From an uncultured delta proteobacterium (GTDB lineage Bacteria; Desulfobacterota; Syntrophobacteria; BM002): 64,000 nt of DNA. A program made the position numbers and the translations under genes. Positions 50,310-59,523 of this stretch are shown one piece after another; position 1 is the stretch's first letter, and the number at the start of each line of letters is the position of its first letter. The stretch spans positions 64,001 to 128,000 of the forward strand of contig CAVQGX010000027.1 of assembly GCA_963712115.1 (NCBI GenBank). Direction: 5' to 3'. The notes beneath the pieces were generated by a model. It was not told the DNA's origin. It saw nothing but the letters and a program-made list of their open reading frames with translations, and made no database searches.

Positions 50310-50720
50310 TCATTCCCCATCAACCCACTGGGGAAGCTGCTCAGTTACCAGCCACTCAATGGTGTCCCTCGTCTGTCTGAAGGCCTCCAGACTCTCTGAA
50401 AAGGGATCCATTACGTGCCAATGAATCACCTTGCCCTTGAAAGAAGGAGGCATGAGCCTTTCCAAAGGATACTCTAAGAGATCCAGGATCAGATCAAAAC
50501 TATCGAGTTCTACCTCAGCCAATCCTTTGGAATAGAGACCATGGGTGGAAACCCCTATTTCCTCAAGAACGCCTGTGGTTTCCTCAGGTACATAGCCCAA
50601 AGCACTCAGTCCGGCGGAAGCCACCTCTAGGGCGTCATTCCAGTGGTGCCTGGCCAAGGCTTCGCCCATAATGCTTCGGCAGGCGTTACCATAACAGACA
50701 AAAAGTACGCTCTTTCTCAT
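50310..50720 (-). CDS. Low-molecular-weight phosphatase / ArsC family protein
   Basis: VLFVCYGNACRS P-loop, ASAG, DP acid loop. Confidence 0.85.
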   Translation of the reverse strand: MRKSVLFVCYGNACRSIMGEALARHHWNDALEVASAGLSALGYVPEETTGVLEEIGVSTHGLYSKGLAEVELDSFDLILDLLEYPLERLMPPSFKGKVIHWHVMDPFSESLEAFRQTRDTIEWLVTEQLPQWVDGE

Positions 50721-50838
50721 ACCGCTCTCCGAAGGAAGACTGGCAGGATAATCCACTCCAGGATGAGCGTGGCAAAAACAAACTGCCTCGCAATGGAAAC
50801 ATAAACACTATTTAACCTTTGGCAAGGGTTTGGTGCTG

Positions 50839-51531
50839 TTACACCGCCTTGCTCAGACGGGAGAAGAACCGGTTGACCTTCTCTTCAGCACTCTTGCGCT
50901 CCGAGGGAGAGCGAAAGTTGGAGGACAGACTCATGAAGATTTTATCCAAGGGGGCGAGAGAATGAAAGAATTCATGCACCAACTTTGAAGCGGGTGGTAT
51001 TAAAAGTGTGGCAGGATCAACAGAGTTTTCCTCAAGCAGCCGAAAGAAGCTATGAATCAAGTCTGCGTCGCTGATTACCAATCCAAAAAGAAACCAGTCA
51101 TTCACTGTGGAGAGGATGATTTCTTTTTGGACTGTGCTTAGCTCCCGGTAAGAGCGGCAGAAGAAGCCCTGGCATGCCATAGCTCCATGAAAAGAGAGAC
51201 CACGCCAGTCTGTACCACCATTTCCGCGGGCAAGGGGGTGGAGCATGCAGCCGACCAGGGTTTCTTCTTCATTCAAAAAGCCGACGAACTCACAAGAATA
51301 GAACTCAGGATCCAGAAGCTGGGATTTTTCTTTTTCTCTGTTGCTCTCGGAGAAATAGAGGATAGCTTCCACCGTCCTCCTGGTACTGGTGAACTCCTCA
51401 GTTCTGGCTCTTAGTTTACGGGCCAGTCCAGCTCTGCTCGTGTCGTGGCTATTATATAGTCCACAACACCAGGCACATGACTTTTGCTTGTCTGGTTGGC
51501 AAAGATGAGGGATAAAGGACTGGGTGCTCAA
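50839..51531 (-). CDS. Cys-rich hypothetical protein
   Basis: CQPD..KSCAWCCGLYN, CEFVGFL, GCMLHP, CQGFFC; TTG start after GGAGG. Confidence 0.7.
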   Translation of the reverse strand: MSTQSFIPHLCQPDKQKSCAWCCGLYNSHDTSRAGLARKLRARTEEFTSTRRTVEAILYFSESNREKEKSQLLDPEFYSCEFVGFLNEEETLVGCMLHPLARGNGGTDWRGLSFHGAMACQGFFCRSYRELSTVQKEIILSTVNDWFLFGLVISDADLIHSFFRLLEENSVDPATLLIPPASKLVHEFFHSLAPLDKIFMSLSSNFRSPSERKSAEEKVNRFFSRLSKAV

Positions 51532-51560
51532 AGCTTTCCTCCAGATCAAACTGCTAGCAC

Positions 51561-51854
51561 AGGTCAAGTTTCAATGACTTGGTCGGTAAAGATGACAAAC
51601 GGCTTTGGAGTCCCAGAGCATCAGAAATCCCAAATCACAAATTGCAAATATCAAACAAATCACAATGACCGAAATTCGAAATTCCAAACCTGTTTTGTGT
51701 TTTGGTAATTGAATATTGGGATTTGGTGCTTGGAGCTTGGGATTTCACTATTCCACCACTCCATCACTCCAAAAGACTTCAGAATAAAGGAAAGATCCTC
51801 GAAGCCCACAGTGGGGTCAACTCAAGGAGAAATCCTCTAGGCCTGGATTCTTTA
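51561..51854. mobile_element. MITE-like element with nested heptamer palindrome
   Basis: Colinear with 39364-39676; terminal TTA is the TAA stop of the adjacent minus-strand gene. Confidence 0.8.
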
Positions 51855-52235
51855 TTCTTCCTCTGGGGGAGGAAATAGTTTGCTGGCAATAATTATCCTC
51901 TCTTCGTTACCGTATTTGCGGTCAAACTCCTCCGGAGTGTCCTTCCAAAGAATGGTGTTGTAAACTCCAGCCTGATAGCGGTCTTCTAGAGTCTTGGAAT
52001 GATCGACAGTGCAGGAATCCGCACTCTCGATAATTCCAGGGTCACCAGTAATCTCACCGCTCTTATCGAAGCCGCGTAGCAAGACACAGCCACAATTAAG
52101 ATAGGTAAGGGCCATGCCGATAGCGGCAGGTTGTTTTTCGTACACCTCTCTGCTTAAGACCCTTATGGCCTCGCCGTGTAGTTCCTCAAGCTCGGCTCCA
52201 ACCTTTTCTCTTTCTTCGCTAGTCAGTTCTTTCAC
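51852..52235 (-). CDS. Hypothetical protein
   Basis: GTG start after AAGGAGG; LNCGC motif. The ORF-track ATG (52280) lies inside a MITE TIR remnant at 52261-52296. Confidence 0.7.
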   Translation of the reverse strand: MKELTSEEREKVGAELEELHGEAIRVLSREVYEKQPAAIGMALTYLNCGCVLLRGFDKSGEITGDPGIIESADSCTVDHSKTLEDRYQAGVYNTILWKDTPEEFDRKYGNEERIIIASKLFPPPEEE

Positions 52236-52456
52236 CTTTCCTGCCTCCTTTAGCGAGCTTGGTCCTAGCAAGTGATTCATGATATATCCGGGCTAAAGCT
52301 GAAAAGTCAACCCCACTTTCTTGCCATAGCATACGGAAGTTTAGGGAGTGGAGACAGACGGAGAATGGTTTTTTTACGATTGAGCACGCGCAAGGGCGGT
52401 TCGATAACAAAAAGGCGGAAGTCGGTTGTGGAGGAGGGCAGACCGATCCGGCGACA

Positions 52457-52849
52457 CTAGTCTTTAACGAGAAGTTTCACATTATGGATAAGTTCTTCCG
52501 GCTCGATGGGCTTTTCCATGAAAATATCCGCATGAATCCAGTCCAGATCCTCATCTAGCGATCGTCTATACCCCTTTTCTACCGGCGGCCTGGCAGATAC
52601 GATGAGTATGGGCACTCCGAAAGCGCCATCGTTCTTTTTGATTTCGGTTGCAAAGTTTAGCCCCTCATCCATAGTTTCCATCATGATGTCGAGGATGAGT
52701 AGATCAGGTCGATTGTTAACAAAGAGTTGGTAGCCTTTGCTTGTATCCAGGGCAGTAAAAACCTCATAGCCGTACTGGGAGAGAATGTGGCTCAAGGCAT
52801 CACAAATTTCCGGATCATCATCGATGATTATAATTCTCTTTGCACTCAT
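52457..52849 (-). CDS. Single-domain response regulator
   Basis: IIDDD, ILDIMM, SA, EKP. Confidence 0.9.
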   Translation of the reverse strand: MSAKRIIIIDDDPEICDALSHILSQYGYEVFTALDTSKGYQLFVNNRPDLLILDIMMETMDEGLNFATEIKKNDGAFGVPILIVSARPPVEKGYRRSLDEDLDWIHADIFMEKPIEPEELIHNVKLLVKD

Positions 52850-53270
52850 GGATGGATCCCTCCTTGCCCAAGTCCAGGGCCTACTAATGTTACCCTTCCA
52901 AAATTTTTCTCTGGGTTAACCCTTCTAAGGTTACGAAGATGGGCTAGACAGATGGGGGCAGTGTTGAGGCAGGAGATAATCCCCAAGGATAGAAAATCCA
53001 AAACAGCGCAGTACTCGCCACCTTAACACAAACAAGGTTCCCTCTGTCAAGCTAAAAAACCACGATCTTGATAGGGAATGGCAAGGTTAGGAAGAGACTG
53101 AGCCTACCACAAGCTCTCGATGCAAATCAAAAGGAGGCCGACTTCGCATCAAAGCATGAGATGTTTGGTTGGACAAGAATTGCTGCGTGTTGGGCTGAGG
53201 CTAACGGTTTATCAGTTGAGACATTTGTGAAAGAGGATTATAAATAGGTCCTCGTGAACCTAATCTGCAG

Positions 53271-54194
53271 ATGGAGAAGTTATCAATGAGCCGTCGGATG
53301 TGTTGCCTTAAGCAAAGCTGGATTTTTCTCTTGGTGTGGCTGTTATGGGTTATTAGTTACTCGACTCTGGCTGCTGCCGCTGCTCCTGAAGTACTCAGTG
53401 AAATCACGGTGGTTTATGAGAAAGGTCAGTGGCACGTCGTCCTTACCGGACCCCAATCTGTGTCCTACAGAGCCATTATGGTGGTAGATCCGCTACGACT
53501 GGTGGTGGATCTACCCAATACCTCAAATGAGATGCACCCGAAGCCATTTAACGTGGACAACGAAGTAATAGGTACAATCGAAACCGCAGAACTCATTCAT
53601 GAACCCCAACCTTTAACCCGGGTCGAAATTGGGTTGAACCAGAATGCGTCGTATGAAATCACTCACAAGGGAAAAGAGATTTGGGTTAGCTTTAATATGG
53701 CTGAGCCTTTGACTAAGGTTGTGCCTCCGCAAACTGAGCCAACTGTTAAATCGAAGGCTATGAAATACTACACAAAAAAAGAGGTTGCCACACCCGAGTC
53801 TCCTCCAAAAGAAACCATACTTCCTTCCAAACCCTTGGAGAAATCGTTTCTACCCTCCGCCTCCAAGGTCTTGAGTATTCACCAGTTAAAGATCGACGAA
53901 GAATTGAGGTATTATATTGTTGCCAACGGGAGCCTTGCTGATTACGTTTCCTTTCACCTGACCAATCCGCCTCGACTGGTGGTGGACCTCATAGGAGTCA
54001 AGTCTACAGAGATAGAAGGTGCTTTGAGCTTTAGAGGGCCATGGGTTAAGAAGGTACGTGTTGGTCGATACACCACTAAAGTACGGCTGGTCTTTGATCT
54101 AATCCCCGAGCAGGGACTTCCATACGACATCGTTCTAGGGAAAGACCGTTTGGTGGTCTCCTTCAGACCAGGCGTTAGCTTTCCACCCCGATAA
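53271..54194 (+). CDS. Exported protein with two AMIN-like domains
   Basis: DPLRLVVDLP and NPPRLVVDL...VRLVFDL repeats separated by a P/E/K linker. Confidence 0.8.
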   Translation: MEKLSMSRRMCCLKQSWIFLLVWLLWVISYSTLAAAAAPEVLSEITVVYEKGQWHVVLTGPQSVSYRAIMVVDPLRLVVDLPNTSNEMHPKPFNVDNEVIGTIETAELIHEPQPLTRVEIGLNQNASYEITHKGKEIWVSFNMAEPLTKVVPPQTEPTVKSKAMKYYTKKEVATPESPPKETILPSKPLEKSFLPSASKVLSIHQLKIDEELRYYIVANGSLADYVSFHLTNPPRLVVDLIGVKSTEIEGALSFRGPWVKKVRVGRYTTKVRLVFDLIPEQGLPYDIVLGKDRLVVSFRPGVSFPPR

Positions 54195-54331
54195 TCTGAT
54201 ATCGGTAATTTTCTGCTTTAAAGACTGCATATAGTGCCTGGTCCTCAAAAGCTAAAATGTAAATTAAAGTATGTGATAGTGAGTCAGCACATATAATCAA
54301 AGAAGCTGTTAGCCCCGTCCGACTGCAGCGG

Positions 54332-55079
54332 GTTGGGCGGCACTGGCTCTTGCCATCCCATAGCCGCTAACGACCCGGACACGCTGGCCTGTACAAACCT
54401 GCTTCATTCACTCCCAGCAGTCCCGCTTGGTACGAACGCTCATCCACCGGCGAGAGTCCGGCTATCATCCTCGCCGTCAGCACCGGCACGCGGCGTATCT
54501 CGTCCAATCGCTGCGCTATGCCTTCCAGTGGCTCATCAGAGCTCATCCAATTCTGCTTGTCAAACGCCTGCAGATTCAGTGGCACGGTGTAGCCTCGCAG
54601 GGTCTTCTCCCGCGCCACGTTGTAGTACTGCTCAAAGTACGACATGACCAACTCGCGTAACGTGCGATATACCGGCTCACGAAAACGCAAGCCGACAAAG
54701 TTGGACTTGGCCACCGCACCCCAATGCCCCTCCCGCTTGCACAAGGCCAGCAGATGGTCGTCATCCCGAGCACTGGGCACCAGGTCCACAATCAGTGGCG
54801 CATACCCCAGGCGGCGCAGCGCCGCAGCGGCAAACAACGCCCCATCGAAGCAGTGAGCCAGGCGCTCGCGCAGGACACGCAGGGGACACCGATAAATCGC
54901 TTCCGCACTGTAGGGCAGCTCATCCAGGAAAGCCTGGATGTCTCGCGGCGTGGTCAGCCGCGCCACAACCTGGCGTTCGGAATGGCTCAAGGCCTGCTCA
55001 AAAGCTTCAATCGCTGACATCGCGACTCCCAAATGGACCATCTCAAAGGCGACAGAGCGCTTGTCATGTGCCGCCCAAC
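54332..55079 (-). mobile_element. Solitary integron gene-cassette-like unit with truncated attC
   Basis: Minus strand begins GTTGGGCGGCAC (GTTRRRY) and, after the gene, carries its exact complement GTGCCGCCCAAC (RYYYAAC) followed by CCGCTGCAGTCGGACG. Confidence 0.6.
54367..55020 (-). CDS. Hypothetical protein, transglutaminase-like Cys/His motifs
   Basis: AHCFDGALFAAA, DDDHLLAL, WGAVAKSN; visibly more GC-rich than its flanks. Confidence 0.8.
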   Translation of the reverse strand: MSAIEAFEQALSHSERQVVARLTTPRDIQAFLDELPYSAEAIYRCPLRVLRERLAHCFDGALFAAAALRRLGYAPLIVDLVPSARDDDHLLALCKREGHWGAVAKSNFVGLRFREPVYRTLRELVMSYFEQYYNVAREKTLRGYTVPLNLQAFDKQNWMSSDEPLEGIAQRLDEIRRVPVLTARMIAGLSPVDERSYQAGLLGVNEAGLYRPACPGR

Positions 55080-55480
55080 CTTAAATTATACGGCGTATTA
55101 TCCGTTTTATAATGCAGAAAGTCTCATACGCATATCGTGAATTGTGAAAAACTAGAGGTACTTATTCGATAACATTCACTATATTGAAAACAAAAAATAC
55201 CGAAACCGACATCCGCTCTGATCACAACCCAAAATACGCAGACAGACTATACCAAGAGAAGAGCCATTGCAAAGCTAAAGATTACATCCCTTAATCCACA
55301 CTCGGCTGGGATTTAATCTGGCACAAGATGTTGAATCGTTTCAACGCTGTGGTAGTCTGGGCAACGCACTCCCACAAACAGGACACAATTTATCTTCTGG
55401 CTTAACTATTACGGTGAGCTTGCACATGGGGCATTTGATGGGGTGGTCTCTGGCTCGTTTAATGTCTTCAGCCAAGGGGG

Positions 55481-56080
55481 TTAGTCCTCTGAATCAATAC
55501 CACCTGAGGACCCGGCATTCTTCGGATCACGACACTCAGCGAGAAAATACTTCTTATTGCAGTCCCAACAGAAAAGATAGTCTTCATCAGCGGACCACGA
55601 CAAATGTTTGTGGCCTCGGGGACATTTTTTGGGTGGTTCTTGGGCAGGATTATTCGCGTCTTCTTCTTTGTCTTCCTCTCTCAGCTGTTCCTCTGTCAAG
55701 CTTTCCGGACCCTCATCTTCGTCCGAGGCCGCGGATTCCAAGTACACGGCAAAACCACGATCTAAAATAAAAGAGGAAATAGATTTCCGGTCTTCTTCAG
55801 AGATCTTAATGAACTCGACACCCATACCGCGCGGCATATCCTGTTCAGGAGGAACTTGGGTACTCGACCAGACCACCCTTGCTTTGACCGCTATTCGGCG
55901 ACCAGGAACACTGATGATCATATCGATGACTTCATGCAGCTCAAGGGGAGACAGACCGCGAATAAAGGCCCCGTCAGGACTGATGTTGTATGTAACCCGT
56001 TCAAGAGTTTCTTCTTCAGTCTTAATGGTTACAGGCAAACCGACCTTGGCTCTACGATGTTGACGTGTGTGTTCTTCCAT
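55481..56080 (-). CDS. PilZ domain protein with acidic linker and C-terminal zinc-ribbon-like motif
   Basis: RQHRR and NISPDG PilZ motifs, GMGVEF; CPRGH...CWDC. Confidence 0.82.
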   Translation of the reverse strand: MEEHTRQHRRAKVGLPVTIKTEEETLERVTYNISPDGAFIRGLSPLELHEVIDMIISVPGRRIAVKARVVWSSTQVPPEQDMPRGMGVEFIKISEEDRKSISSFILDRGFAVYLESAASDEDEGPESLTEEQLREEDKEEDANNPAQEPPKKCPRGHKHLSWSADEDYLFCWDCNKKYFLAECRDPKNAGSSGGIDSED

Positions 56081-56307
56081 AGATTCTTATTATAGAGTAT
56101 GGAGTAGTTTTCGGAAAGCTCATCCTCTCGTCAGTCTATGCCGTGTTATTTTCGGAGGGAAAAAAGCCCCCACTGATCGGGCACCGGATGACCAGCAGGG
56201 GCATATCCTAGAGCGGATAGGGCAAAGGTAGGGTGCCCCGCCCGTTGAGGAACTTACCATAAAGGGTGCTTGAGTTGAAATGAAAAAAACGGAGCCGAAG
56301 CTTCGCT

Positions 56308-56397
56308 TCAAAGGACCATCCCCACCAGAAATAACCACCAGGCAATTGCCAGGAAAATCATAACGGTCATATCTTTTGGAGTAGGCGAGGGTATCAT
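56308..56397 (-). CDS. Putative 29-aa single-TM small protein
   Basis: MIPSPTPKDMTVMIFLAIAWWLFLVGMVL*; AGGAGG RBS; hairpin plus T7 tract right after the stop. Confidence 0.45.
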   Translation of the reverse strand: MIPSPTPKDMTVMIFLAIAWWLFLVGMVL

Positions 56398-56753
56398 CAA
56401 ACCATCCTCCTATTACTCCCGTGTGGGTAACAAAGAACCAACATTGGACAAACTTATACAAATATTTGGAATTGTGTTGCTTTTTTGGGTAGATCTGAGC
56501 GATTCTGAAGATATGCTAGGCAAGAAACATGCCTAGCCCGGATATTTGTCTGCGGGGAAAAATTACCATTTTTACTCTGGTGTGTTTTCATCATTAGCTC
56601 CACAGCGCGACAAATGCAATTAAACCAACAACACAAAAGAGGCGAGTGGAAGTTGTCGGTAAATATGAGAGACTTTCCAGAAGAACTCCATGGCAAGGCC
56701 AAGATTCAAGCTGCAGAGGAAAGAATTACCTTGAATGGAGAGGGGTGAAAGAG

Positions 56754-56930
56754 ATGGAAAAGGACTACAAAGATCAAATGGCAGATCGGGCAGCGAAATT
56801 GATTGAGGACTTCGACAGGCTCCAGGAGGAATGCAGGGATTTACTGAAGATTTGCCGGGAGAACCCGGAGGAATATGCTGAACTCGTGAGAAACCTCGAG
56901 TGGTTATGTGGGGAGTGGAAAACGCTTTAA
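56754..56930 (+). CDS. Small helical hypothetical protein
   Basis: MEKDYKDQ...EWKTL, purine-rich RBS region. Confidence 0.45.
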   Translation: MEKDYKDQMADRAAKLIEDFDRLQEECRDLLKICRENPEEYAELVRNLEWLCGEWKTL

Positions 56931-57138
56931 AGCGGATCTCGGGCGTGCTATATACGCTAATCTTAGCAGCAGTGAGAACAGGGCTAAGGATTGACTAGTT
57001 CTTGAGTGGGCAGAGGTTAATTTTGAGGGCTCCATGGTTAAGCCAAAGGGAAAAACGGTTTACTTTTTATCTCTGATAGTGTAAATAGTCAAAGGCAAGG
57101 CAATAATCTGTAATTACTATGTTTTTGGGATAGATGAG

Positions 57139-58380
57139 GTGGCTAAGGAAGAAACAAGTATGCTAGCTTACGAGGAAAATCCGGGGAAAGTGGAACGGGC
57201 TGACCTGGTTGTCGGCTTATCCTCTCACAATAACGCAGGTAACATCGCCCTTCCAACGGAGCAAGCTGCCAGGGGTCTCATAGATCATTTTGGTGAGAAG
57301 AATTCCGTGATTATCAACTGTGATAACCACTCAGAGGACGGAACCAAAGAAGCATTTCTGCAGACCGTTAGTGAGATTCCTAAAATATACTTATCAACAC
57401 CTCCGGGAATGGTCGGACGAGGCTATAACCTGAGAAATCTCACTGCCAAGGCAGTTGAGCTACAAGCGCAAGCGGTGATAGTGGTGGACGCAGGGGTAGA
57501 GAGTATTACCCCCATGTGGGTCAAGAACCTGGGTGAGCCCATTTTCGCCGGCTTCGGTTTTGTAGCCCCATTGTACGTGAGGCACAAGTACGATGATGCG
57601 GTGGCAAACGGTATAGTCTATCCACTGACGCGAGCTCTCTATGGTCGCCGGGTTCGGCAGCCCATCGGTGGCGATTTTGCCTTTGCTGCAGAGATAGCTG
57701 AGACTTATCTCAACCATCCGAGTTGGAATGATAGAGTGGCCCAATTCGGTGTTGATATCTGGATGACCACCCTGGCCATTTGCCAAGGTATCCCAATCTG
57801 TCAGGCTTTTGTAGGTAAACCGAGAGTTTTCCAGCATAACGCAAATGGTGTTTCCTCTGACCCGACTTTCTCACAAGTGGTGGGCACTGTGCTTGATCTC
57901 ATGATCCATTTTCAGGATATCTGGGAAAGAGTGAAATGGAGCAAGCCCACAGCAATATACGGTTTTGGCATGGGTGAGGTGGAAACGCCCGCACCAATTG
58001 AAATCTCGCAGGATGAGCTTCACCAAGCTTTTGTTGAGGGCTTTACCCAGTATAAAGATTTATGGGAAACCTTTTTGCCAAACAACATTAATAACAAGCT
58101 GGGCGAAATCAAGGAGCTTCCTCAGGCGCATTTTAGCTTTCCTTCGGAAATCTGGGCTCGCCTACTTTACAGTTGCTCGGTCGCCTACAAGAATGAGGTG
58201 GTGGAACGGGAGGCTTTGCTGAAATCACTGCTGCCTCTCTTTGTCGGGAAGACGCTATCATTGATCAAAAAAACGGAAAGAATGTCCATCCAGCAAGCAG
58301 AGGAATACATTGAAAACGAATGTATGATATTCGAGGAGGCCAAGCCTTATTTGCTCAGCCAGTGGCTAAACGCTCAATAA
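57139..58380 (+). CDS. Glucosylglycerate/mannosylglycerate-synthase-like GT-A glycosyltransferase
   Basis: DNHSEDGT, SITPMW, PLYVRHKYD, YPLTRALYG..VRQPIGGDF, FGVDIWMTT. Confidence 0.8.
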   Translation: MAKEETSMLAYEENPGKVERADLVVGLSSHNNAGNIALPTEQAARGLIDHFGEKNSVIINCDNHSEDGTKEAFLQTVSEIPKIYLSTPPGMVGRGYNLRNLTAKAVELQAQAVIVVDAGVESITPMWVKNLGEPIFAGFGFVAPLYVRHKYDDAVANGIVYPLTRALYGRRVRQPIGGDFAFAAEIAETYLNHPSWNDRVAQFGVDIWMTTLAICQGIPICQAFVGKPRVFQHNANGVSSDPTFSQVVGTVLDLMIHFQDIWERVKWSKPTAIYGFGMGEVETPAPIEISQDELHQAFVEGFTQYKDLWETFLPNNINNKLGEIKELPQAHFSFPSEIWARLLYSCSVAYKNEVVEREALLKSLLPLFVGKTLSLIKKTERMSIQQAEEYIENECMIFEEAKPYLLSQWLNAQ

Positions 58381-58433
58381 GTCGATTGACTGCTCGATTC
58401 AGGAACCGCTCAAGCAGTTTGGAGGATTCAGTT

Positions 58434-58799
58434 ATGGCCAAGATATTAGTTGTTGACGATGAAGAGCACATCAGGTTGCTCTACTCCGAGGAGCTTAAAG
58501 AAGAGGGGTACGAAGTTATAACGGCAGAAGGGGGGCATCAATTACTGGAACGGATTGAACAGGAAAAGCCTGATCTGGTTGTTCTAGATATAAAGATGGT
58601 AGACTACAACGGTTTGGATTTATTACAGGATATCCGTAACAAGTTCTACGACTTGCCAGTTATACTCTCCACTGCTTACGACACCTTTAAAGAGGACATG
58701 AAATCCATTGCCGCGGATTTCTATGTGGTGAAATCTTTCGATCTTACTGAACTAAAAAAGAAGATTCAAATGGCTCTAGAGGCGAGCGGTGCCTCCTAG
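58434..58799 (+). CDS. Single-domain response regulator
   Basis: ILVVDDE, VLDIKM, STAY, VVKS; ATG after GGAGG. Confidence 0.9.
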   Translation: MAKILVVDDEEHIRLLYSEELKEEGYEVITAEGGHQLLERIEQEKPDLVVLDIKMVDYNGLDLLQDIRNKFYDLPVILSTAYDTFKEDMKSIAADFYVVKSFDLTELKKKIQMALEASGAS

Positions 58800-58827
58800 A
58801 GAACCATGGTTGCCTTTATTCCTTTCT

Positions 58828-59313
58828 TCATTCACTTAGGACAATTCCGGCAATTATTTCAGCACAATATTCAGCAAATTCTTCATCATTTTTTACAAGA
58901 AAATCTTCACCGTTCTTGATCTCTACTTTAGCTAAGAGATTTTGTTCGGGCCCATAAATGTTAATATCGACACTTACGTATTGTTCCCATCGGCATACAG
59001 AGTCGATGCGAATGTAACCAGAACTAGAATTTGGCTTTCTTACTATATGAATTTGGTGTTTATTAACAAGATTACCAGCTATGGCGTCGAGTAATTGAAC
59101 ATCACACCTCAATAGTACAGACTTTCTCGATTTTATCTCACCTACTTCTTCACTATCCAAGGCCTTTTCGAATGTTTCCATTTCACCAGTCAAACAAAGA
59201 TACCAGTTTTCAATCGTCTTTATCTTATTATGCTCGCGAGTAGAAATCTCGTGACTGGAACAACTGAGAACGAGTAAAGTAAAAAGTAGTCCAGTTAGAC
59301 TGAAGTATTTCAT
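58828..59313 (-). CDS. Hypothetical lipoprotein
   Basis: Lipobox LVLSC after a hydrophobic leader. Confidence 0.7.
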   Translation of the reverse strand: MKYFSLTGLLFTLLVLSCSSHEISTREHNKIKTIENWYLCLTGEMETFEKALDSEEVGEIKSRKSVLLRCDVQLLDAIAGNLVNKHQIHIVRKPNSSSGYIRIDSVCRWEQYVSVDINIYGPEQNLLAKVEIKNGEDFLVKNDEEFAEYCAEIIAGIVLSE

Positions 59314-59523
59314 CTCAAGAGTCCCATAAGCCTCACATTGTCAAAGAGTTTTCCATAAACTATAAGATGAGCAAAGATCGCTCAACTCGCTTTGCTCGCA
59401 TGGCGTATCTAAGAAGACGGGATCAGGATTCAGTGATCGGAGGTCAACTCTAATGATCTCTAAATCCGAAATCCGCAATCCACAATCCGAAATATTCTAG
59501 CTCCATGCTCCATGCCTTCCTAT

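Noticed and set aside
53199-54314. GGCTAAC...GTTAGCC around the AMIN gene as a second cassette
   Set aside because: Orientation is opposite to a cassette boundary and a 7-bp match over 1.1 kb is expected by chance.
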